A stretch of 64,000 nucleotides of DNA, from contig ADNK01003479.1 in the NCBI GenBank assembly GCA_000320545.1, forward strand, positions 22,938-86,937. The letters are read 5' to 3'. The translations under genes were made by a program, and so were the position numbers. The notes under the pieces were generated by a model that saw only the letters and a list, made by a program, of their open reading frames with translations, was not told the DNA's origin and ran no database searches. Below, piece by piece: positions 54,348-64,000 of this stretch (position 1 is its first letter; the number at the start of each line of letters is the position of its first letter). Source of the stretch: Bigelowiella natans CCMP2755 (lineage: Eukaryota > Protista > Cercozoa).

Positions 54348-54429
54348 CGCACAATGAAATGAGTCAGTGGGTTACGATTTAATGATAATCAATGCTGAAA
54401 GCTGTAGGCATTTGAACATGAGTTCCCAT

Positions 54430-55430
54430 GGCCACATGTGTATGCACATATAGCTGCGAGTGCATGTCTAGATGTGCTATTTGTGTGCAATGATTTTGCA
54501 TTGTGTTTGCATGCGCACAGTGTCGAACTTTGTTCATGCGCAGACCGCGTGGCTACTGTCGCTCAGCTCAATGGACATGGTCACAGCAATGACGCCACAT
54601 GCTACATGAATGATCGACCACCACTAGACCAACAGGGAGATGTAGCCATGCTAGCATGCATGATGCATGCATGTGCCCTGTCGTGTAGACGTTCAGCTGT
54701 GTCCTGCATGTTTTGATCCATTTCACCAGTATGCAGTTCATCCAATGAGCTGAACGCTGCACAATGTGTCAGATGTGCAGCACTGAGCAGTGCACTCATT
54801 GACCAGTGTCAAACCAATCTGCTGGCACCATTGTTTTCATGGGATCACTCGTGAGAACTTCGCAAGGCTGAAAACTGGAAAAGTTCGCAAGTCATTGTGC
54901 GTCATTGGCGCAGCGTGAAGAACAGTGCCAGAGCACACATGGCACAGCATGGCATCGATTCGCACAACTGCACGTGCATCGCGATTTGGTGCGTCAGCTG
55001 CACGTCTCCAGGTCCAAACGTGGCGCAGGCTAGCTGCCAGAAGCTGGCACACACTGGCGGGCTGAGCGCCTGCGTGGGGCGCTTGGATTGCAGCCTTTCC
55101 ATGCGTGCACACAATGTGTCCTCCTATTCCTGACGAGCCGCCCATTTTTCACTGCCCGAACATGCAACACGCAATGTTTTTGCAACATCTTGTCCAATCC
55201 GCGCCGTGAATGAAGTCAGCTTTGCTTGTTTGCTTGCTTGCACAGGAGCATGTGGCTTTCAGATCGTGTGCGGGACCTTGCGTTGAGCACACATTCTCGA
55301 AACCCTTTGTGCATGGGATGGGATCCATGTTGCATTTGAAGATCTTGGATGACAAGGAGGGAAAATTCTTCCGGGTCTTCTTGCTTCATTGTCTGCCGAA
55401 GCGGTCATGGGCGGCGGTCAGTGTTAAATG
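54430..55430. other. TpA-depleted intergenic island with a short imperfect inverted repeat (55130-55145 / 55407-55421)
   Basis: Only 2 TA (55031 in CTAG, 55125) in 54732-55424. ctgacgagccgcccat versus reverse complement ctgaccgccgcccat. Confidence 0.85.
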
Positions 55431-55855
55431 AGTCAACTTCCATTTTTTCGTTGCACAAATTAGATAGTGCGACATGAGAATAAGGCTATTTTAAGAGTCG
55501 CAGTACTGTCGTAACATGCCATTTTCATTATTTCAATTCATTAAACTCTCATCGGTTCTGGAAGAACAAGTCACAATGGTTCCCCATAATGAGATGAGAA
55601 CCTGTGTGTCATGACCTGCTCAGAATTTCAATGCTAAAACGTTCCAGAAGCAACCAACAGCAGCGTATCAGACGCAAAATCGAAGACATACAGAGAGAGA
55701 GGAGAACGAGAGAGAGCAACAGCAGCAGCAGCAAACCTGCAAAGCAACTACTTAGTCTTGTGAAGAAAAGAACCATTTTCTGAAGGAGGAAATCGTTTTC
55801 CTTCAAAAGAAACTCTTATCTTTAAATTTGGTAACCATGCGCCATCAAAACTAAA

Positions 55856-57490
55856 ATGGCTGCCCGCTTTCCCTCCCCCATGTGTTCCCGGAGGCTTTAC
55901 ATCCTGGCTCCACTCTCCTCATCATTGTCCTTCATAATTTTTTCCCTCTTTCTGATCTCAACCGCCATGGCCATTTTGTTTTCGCCAAAGAACTTTTCCC
56001 CAGAAGTATCACGTATAATGTTCCAAGCAAAGATAAGCTCTACCCTCTCAGGCTCTCAATATCCACAATGTAAAATTGATTAGAAAAGCAAGTTTGAAGA
56101 AGTGGTTTTACAAGCTATCAACTGATATTTCACAGAAGATATAATGAGTTATCAAATATTTTGATATGTGTTCAATGTATTATAGAAGTAATTCATATGC
56201 AACCAAAGAGGTGCTTCTGAAAATGAAACAATAATTTCTTGTTCAACTTCTTTTTTCTCCTCTTTTTACTCCTCTTTTTCTTTGTCTCATTTTCCATCTC
56301 TGTTAATCTACCTGGATGTTTACTTGCAGGTTCAAAGCATCAGAGTTATTTTCATCATCGTCATCATCATTCTCCTAGGAATTGCTTCGGCATATGTAGC
56401 TTTCCATCAAGCTTCGCTTCATACCGGGCTTCTTGCGTGCGGATATCACGTGGTCCGTCACAAGTGGCAGCAGCCCATGATGATGTAGTAAACGAGGATG
56501 AAGAAGGTGACGCAATTCTCCAAAACCACGACGATGTTGATAAGAGCAGCAGCGACAGTCTTCAAGTTCCTACCAGGAACAGGGTCAACTGCTCTACATC
56601 ATCTTCTTCTTCTTTCCGTGGAATTGGTGAATCTTTAGCAGTAGGACATATAGAAACAGCAGCAAGTATTCCAAGCTATAAGAAGGGGCTTGCAACAATA
56701 AAAGCATACTTGGAGAAAGGTATCAATGGTGGGAAATACTCATGTGATGATGAGTAAAGAGACCTACTGCTACAACATAGAGCATGAAAAAATAATTTAG
56801 CATCGAAGATAGATTAAGATTGCTGTATAAAAAAGAAGTTGTAAGCTACAAACAACCCTCTCTTACTCATTCTACTCCAGGAAAATGGGAATCTGCGCTG
56901 GATCTATTCAAAGTATGCAGATAAGCACATTTCACAAAGAAAAAAGAACTTTTTCAATTCTCTCACTCTCATCTCTCTCCCCCGGTCTCCCGGTGTTAGT
57001 GTATGATCCTGCATCTGTGTGGTAGGGAATGGACTTGAAACGACTGACAGAGGATCCTCAATATGCGACATTAGTAAATAATCTCTGAGTAGTAGTCCTC
57101 CTCATCATCACTACAACTACTATGTAATATTACGCAGGGTAGTAAGTAGCAAATAGCATTATCGTCATCATCGTCGTTATCATGATTATTAAGGCGCATC
57201 AAGCTATTACTCTCCGAATATCTACTCTGGGATATGGAGGAAAATGGTTGGTAGTAGTAGTAGTAGTCACATGTTGGAGATTTATTTGGGAAGGGGGGGA
57301 TTAGGAGAATCATGATGATACCAGTAACGAGGAGGAATAGAAACAAATACAAATGTGATGATAAGAGAAAGGACTGACTGTGGTGGATGATATATTTAGC
57401 ACGAATTTCATTTTTGGCGAGTAAATCATAATTGTGTAGCTGAACGATAGAGATATATTTGCGTACACTCACACACACACACACACACAC

Positions 57491-57536
<46 letters not shown>

Positions 57537-57673
57537 AAAATTTAATTGTTATAATCATTATTATTCATAATCATTATCATCATGGTATTTATCTAAAGGT
57601 GGAGGGCCATAGATGTTTTAAAAGCGTATCATAACACTGGTGGGAAATGTTATCATCACCGTATTCTTGATTT

Positions 57674-57714
<41 letters not shown>

Positions 57715-58300
57715 AGCACACTGGTGGGAAATACTATCACCGTATCCTTGATTCACACTGCTGCTGCTGCTGTTTTATCCGATATTAGTACTGATCATGA
57801 GAATGATGGTATATACAATATTCAGGTTTACGTGTGAGTGTACACGGATTTACTGCAGGTCAGAGCGCATTTGCTTCCACATTTATTATGTCTTTGTGTG
57901 TGTGCGTGCGTGTGTCGAGAGGAAAAGAGAAAGGGGGGGGGGAGGGGGGGGTGGAGGAAGCATCAGTGCCAACAAATCCCACTGCATTTAGATGCTGCCG
58001 GCAACCAATCCACCAATCAACACTATGATGTGTTGCGTAGATATATTGTAGTAGTAGTTTGATATTTACTTCTTTCCATTATTAGCCCTTTCTGCGCTCC
58101 AGCAAAGCTTCCAATGGGAAAAGACACTCAAACTATTCAAGCAAATGGCCACCCTCTCGGTCGGTAGTAAGTTAGAAGCAGTGAGGGATGCGTGAGATGA
58201 GTAAGAAGTTTCCAGTGCTGCTGCCTCCTAGATAAATAGCGAGTAGGTGTCACATAGGTCTATACTGTTTCAGTAGAATGAAGCAGCCGGGGATATTATT

Positions 58301-58335
<35 letters not shown>

Positions 58336-59766
58336 GTTAACTATGTTATTCTTTTAGTATGCTGAATCTAATTATAGCATACATATTCGATATTTTCTAA
58401 TTACTATAAAAGTCTGGGTAGTAGTCATGTTAAAAAGTAATATAAACATGGATATAATAGGAACAAAAAAACTCTAACAATGGCAACTAGTTTACTATTG
58501 CAGTTGTTCATTCCAATATGATTGCATTCTTATCTCACAATGCCCATTATTCTCTTTATCATCATATGCTTTCAGGTCCGTCGAGACGCCCAATCATACA
58601 GAATAGCACTGCAAGCCAGGTGTCACAACTCCTCCGTCTCTCCAATTTGTTCCCTCTGTCTTCTTCTTATTATTATTATTATTATTATTATTCTTGTTTT
58701 TCTTGTTTTTCTCACTTGTCGTTTTCTACGTTCTCTCTTCTAGTTTATCTTCTCTGTTTAACAAAAATTTCCAATAGGAGACTACAGGGCAACAAAATGG
58801 CCGTTTTGCGGCTACTAGAAGAAATGCGAGAGATTGGTGAGGAAATGAGGGGGAGAATAAAAAAGAGGAAAGATATTTTAGCTTTAGCAACACTATGATG
58901 ACGATGATAACGAATTGAACATAATTCTGATTTTGATCATGTTATTAACAAATTGAAATGCTAGCTCATCATTATCATCATCATCACCATCATCACCATC
59001 ATCATCAAACTAGAGTTTGTAGAAAATAAAAGTGCGTCGCCGTAAGGAAAACATTACCTGCCCAAAAATATAAATCATTCTTAATACTCAGCTTCCAACC
59101 GAATTATAAAAGAGTAATTAGAATCATCGATCGATATTTTTCAAAAATAGGAGGAGAATACTTTTCGATTGACGATTTGCTCTTGGCTGCTCGTACTCGA
59201 GCGCACATTTCACAAAAAACACCAGATTCAGCCATGCCCCTCTCCCCTTTTTCGTCTGCGGCCACTATTATTCCCATCAGAAATAGAAGCACGTAATACA
59301 AAACAATATCACTATTAAACCCATCAGATATAGAAGCACGTAATACTAAACAATATCACATATGAATTCAATAAATAGTAAACAACCTCAGATGGAATTA
59401 TCATTCATACCAACGACAACGGCATTATTCACGCATCAATGATTATCTATTAGTATCATCTTCTTCCTCGTTACCACCACATCATCACCATGACAACTAT
59501 CATCCTCATCATATCCTCATATGTATGTTTATACGTTCTTTTTTCTTTTTTCACGACTGGCATATAGCGATCGTGGTGGTGGATCATACACAATCACACG
59601 CGCCAAGACATCAAAGCAGCACTCGTCCTCTCAGGGAGGAGGAAGAGGAAGAAGAGAATCCGGTATGCGGCCAAGATTGAGAAGGACCATCAGGGGTGCG
59701 ACTGACAAGAAAATCGTTGTATTTATCTAAGATGACCATCAATTACAGATTTTGTACTATCATAAA

Positions 59767-59799
<33 letters not shown>

Positions 59800-60257
59800 A
59801 TTGATGATGATAGTGTCGGTGTGGTGATTATACCATTGCATCCATGTAGGCAAGACTGCTACCACCGCAACAGAAGGGAGAGCAGAATCATCAACAACAC
59901 AAAAGAATGAAAACCAGAGTGAGGAGGAGGAAAAGGAGTTACTGTGGAATTCTTTGCGCGAGGAGGTGGAGAACGATGAAGAAATTGAGAAAGAAGAACA
60001 AAGTAGCATCGATTTAATGGCTACAAATATGGTAAGATAATAAATAATGATATTAATTATGATGATGATGACGATAGTGATAATATAAATCGTTTAAATG
60101 ATGTGTTTCCAATTTTGTTTATGAGAAAACATTTTTGTGTAGTAGTAACAGCAGTAGTAGTAGAAGAAGAAGAAAAAATAAAAGTAGTAGCGAGATGGAG
60201 CAGTAAGAGTACTGTAGAAGTGGTTGAAGTAGCAGGAAGGAGGAGGAGGAGGAGGTG

Positions 60258-60296
<39 letters not shown>

Positions 60297-61847
60297 GCTG
60301 GTATTTATACTATTACGTTAGCGCTATGAAGGGGGAAGTGAAAATATTCCAATGCAGTTGTTGTTACATTACACGTGATAGTAGTAGCACTTAGTTACTC
60401 TATATTGTGGTGGTCAAACATCGGATTGGTTGCTTCTGTTTCACTACAGGACAAAAACATCAATACGATGCACACTACTACTACTACTACTACTACTACA
60501 ACAACTACTACATCTTGTAGTTTATTATTCACTATCACTCCTAGTTTTTGCTCACGCACTCACTCATTCCATTGGCCACGTGATGTGTTTTATAATGCTA
60601 CAATATTATTATTATTAATACGATATTCATATGATGATGAAGGCTGGACGCAAGAGAGTGGCGAAGGAGCTCTGGAAAAGAATATTAGACCGGACAAAAG
60701 ATATTCCTTGGAAAAGGGTTTTAACATTATGGCAGCAAATGAAAAGGTGGTATATTTAGTAGTAGTAGTAGTAGTAGTAGTTAGGAGTGGAAGTTGGCCA
60801 TTGTAGCAGCAAAGAAGAAAGAGGTGCTATAGTGAAAAAAAAGGCAGCAGCAGCAGCAGCAGCAAATGAAGAGGTGGTAGTGGTGGTAGTAGAAAAAGAA
60901 GGAGTAGTGTGAGCGATGATGGGGTAATCAGCAGTATGTGTATATAGTAGTAGTAGTAGTAGTAGTAGTAGTAGAAGAAGAAATAGTGTCAGTGATGATG
61001 GGGAAAGCAGCAGCAGCAGCAGCAGCAGCACATATATGTAGACGAGCAAGCACCATACTATTGCCATGTTATGAATGCTGAGTGATATGGTGACACGGTA
61101 TTATAGTCCTCTACTAATGATAAACTAGCTCTCTAATGATAATCCTTAAGAGAGGACGAGGAGGGTGTCGTTTTCAGCGTTTTGTCCTTTTTCCTTACTT
61201 TTTGTTAAGTTCTGTTTCTCATCATCATGTTACTACTACTATACCACTACTACAATAATACACAAAGGTTGGAGATAGCTCCGGATTCTATTGTCTATCA
61301 TCATGTAATTGCAACACTGACCTCACGGGGAAGATGGAAGGATGCTGTAGAGGCCTTCGAAGAGATGAAGAGTAATGTAGTAGTAGTAGTAGTAGTAGTA
61401 GTTAGTGTTATAGTAGTAGTTAGTGTTATAGTAGTAGTTATGCTGTAGAGGCCTTCGAAGAGATGAAGAGTAATAAATCGTTTATTTACCATTGTGCTAG
61501 GTTGCCGTGATTGTGGTAGTAGTAGTGGCAGTAGTAGTAGTAGTAGTAGTAGTAGTAGTTAGTGTAATAGTATTAGTGTTGTTGTTGTTTTAGTGATGAT
61601 ATCAGAAAGAGAATAACCCCAAACCCACTACCACCATTATTCCCAACGCAACTCAACCCCCCCCCCCCACACACACACACACAAACACACCCGTGGCTTT
61701 CTTTGTGATTGTTCAGAACAAAATCTCAAGCCATTGACAGAGACTCTCCCTTCTGTAGTCTCATCGCTATCATGGCTAGGAGAATCTGATGCAGCAATGG
61801 AAGTTTTAGACCAATATCAAGGATTTATGGGGTGGAAGAGATCTCCT

Positions 61848-61886
<39 letters not shown>

Positions 61887-62322
61887 GGATATATGCTGCT
61901 CCTGTCATCATGATGATAGAAATAACGACGAGGAGGAGGGGATTAGAGGAGAATAGTAGCGTTGTAGTCATTTTCCACCCCTTCTACTACTTCCAGTGTT
62001 GCATTAAAATATGAGCACAAGTAGTGGTAGTTGTAGTAGTCGTTATTGTAGTAGTAGTAGTTCTTGTTGTTGTTGTTATCGTTCTTGGAGGAGGTAGGAG
62101 GAGGAGGAAGATTACTTTTTGCTTGAGGGAGAAGGAGGGGAAAAGAATATGACAAATTATTTGCTTCGATGCCATGATAGGGAGAGCAGTTCTCGAGAAG
62201 ATTGAAAAACGTGTGTTGGCCGATATCACGAAGAAAGCAGAGAAGTACATGGACAAAAATGAGAGCGAGTTGTTGTTTACTCTTTCCAACGAGAATGAAT
62301 CTAAGGAACAAGGATTGATTTT

Positions 62323-62355
<33 letters not shown>

Positions 62356-63507
62356 TCCAACTTCTCACTCATTATTTCGGAGGAGGCATGGAGGAGGTGA
62401 CAAAACTGAGGATTTTGATTCGGAGCTCCATGATTGGAGGTTAGAAATTATAATAATAGCAAATGGGCTAAAAATGGTGATGAGAATGGAAAGGCTTATA
62501 TTGGTGTCAATGCATCTTTCTGTATTATTATAAATATTGAATGACTCAATGATGATAACGATGATGATCATGAAAATAAGAGGAAAATATGGGAATAATT
62601 GCACACCATCATACTTTAACAGATTGTTAATAATTGCGGATCATCATATTTTAACAGATTGGTAATGAGGGCAGGCAGAAGTTGGGAGAAATCGCTCCTA
62701 ATCTTGCGTTCTTTAGGCGGTGGAATAGCATCCCCAGAGACACTGACGCCGTCAGCGGCAAAGGAAAGTGAAAGAGGGGGTGCAATAACATCATCGTCGT
62801 CGTTTTCCTCGTCTACATCTTCGTCTCCTCCTTTGCCCCCCCTCGCTGCATATGCAGTCGCTGTACGCGAGTGCGCACGAGCATCGCAATGGAGAGCAGC
62901 TATGTGCCTCTTATCAGAGGTGACTACATCCTGCGGTATTTTTCCTTCCTCGACAAATAAAATTACGAGGAACGAAAATGAACATAATCGTCACAATCGC
63001 GATCTCTTCAATGATCTTTCTGTCCTCTACGTGGAGGCAATCAATGGTTTTGCTGACTGCCGTCACATCAAAGGCGCGATGATGGTATTTGCTGCGGCCA
63101 GCAAAATCTCTCAGAAAGAAAGTAGAGACGAAGGCTTCAGCGTGGAACCTCAAGTGTTTAACTCTCTGCTAAGAGCCTGTGAACGATCACGTCAATGGGC
63201 GGCATCTCTGACAGTGTTGGCACGCATGGTCGAGCTAAACACGAAGATGGATGCTCAGACTTTCACGCACGTAATCAGAGCGCTCTCTCGAGGGAGGCAA
63301 TGGCGACGTGCGCTAGATCTGTTCGCAGATGTTCCCACTACCCACGGGCTAAGAAGGGAACAGCAAATGTTTGGTGCTGCTATGGAGGCATGCTACCAAG
63401 GAAACAAACAGACAAAGGAATGGCTGCGAAGGCAGATGATGGAGAGTGAGCTGCAAAACCGTGAAGAAAACAATGATGATGATGATGAGGTTGATGGGAA
63501 TGTTTGA
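55856..63507 (+). CDS. Pentatricopeptide repeat protein with a bipartite (signal + transit-like) leader, multi-exon
   Basis: Exon 1 (55856-56012, SLSFIIFSLFLISTAMAILF) splices in phase to 56330. PPR motifs PDSIVYHHVIATLTSRGRWKDAVEAFEEMK, QVFNSLLRACERSRQWAASLTVLARM and DAQTFTHVIRALSRGRQWRRALDLF. Confidence 0.88.
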
Positions 63508-63847
63508 AAGCGTTCAAAAAGTGATGAAGAAAATGAGTTAACGAAGAACAATCAATGCAGAACATTTCTGTGATGCGTGCATGATGGTGCCCATCATTCC
63601 GCCGGTTGCTGCATTGGCTGGCAGTGCAGCACAGTTGAAACACACAATGTGAAAGGAAAAAACATTGTCACCAAAACAACCACTGCCAGTTGCTTTTTGC
63701 CAACAATGGCCATGCAGCAGGGGTTGGGGTTGAGTGCAATTGATCAATTGAACTTGTTCAATGATCATCCTCACGTGCATGCAGTGCATGCTGGCGGCAA
63801 GATCGATCAGATTCACGTGTCAGTCACGCATGCCACAGTGCTGCACA

Positions 63848-64000
63848 TAGGGTTAGGGTTAGGGTTAGGGTTAGGGTTAGGGTTAGGGTTAGGGTTAGGG
63901 TTAGGGTTAGGGTTAGGGTTAGGGTTAGGGTTAGGGTTAGGGTTAGGGTTAGGGTTAGGGTTAGGGTTAGGGTTAGGGTTAGGGTTAGGGTTAGGGTAGG
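63848..64000 (+). repeat. Telomere (TTAGGG)n, right chromosome end
   Basis: About 25 TTAGGG units running to the end of the window. Confidence 0.98.

Noticed and set aside
55500-55806. Small minus-strand gene between the island and the PPR gene
   Set aside because: There is an acceptor-like site but no convincing ORF or start. Cannot be supported without transcripts.
63577-63999. ORF ending in (LG)n
   Set aside because: It is a translation of the telomeric repeat.

Overview
This is eukaryotic nuclear DNA ending in a right-arm telomere, (TTAGGG)n from 63848. Introns are GT-AG and packed with microsatellites. Several proteins have signal-peptide plus transit-like leaders, which suggests an alga with a complex plastid (chlorarachniophyte-like; inference). 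About 14 genes can be read by hand. Recognisable ones are a type-1 IPP isomerase, an RFC1-like clamp-loader subunit, LRRC34, a trichoplein/CFAP-like coiled-coil protein, a bacterial-type LacD tagatose-bisphosphate aldolase split by about 13 introns, an AP2-like protein with a signal peptide, an mTERF protein and a PPR protein. The most striking signal is non-genic. Spacers downstream of gene 3' ends contain islands where the dinucleotide TpA is almost absent, TpG/CpA are abundant and CpG is retained. By hand count, five cores totalling about 3.5 kb hold 18 TpA, 12 of them in CTAG. Repeat copies and inverted-repeat arms differ at TA/TG/CA positions, while promoter-side spacers and intronic (TA)n arrays are untouched. 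This looks like a targeted TpA->TpG/CpA (A->G) hypermutation process, opposite in direction to fungal RIP. All exon boundaries and counts are manual and approximate.
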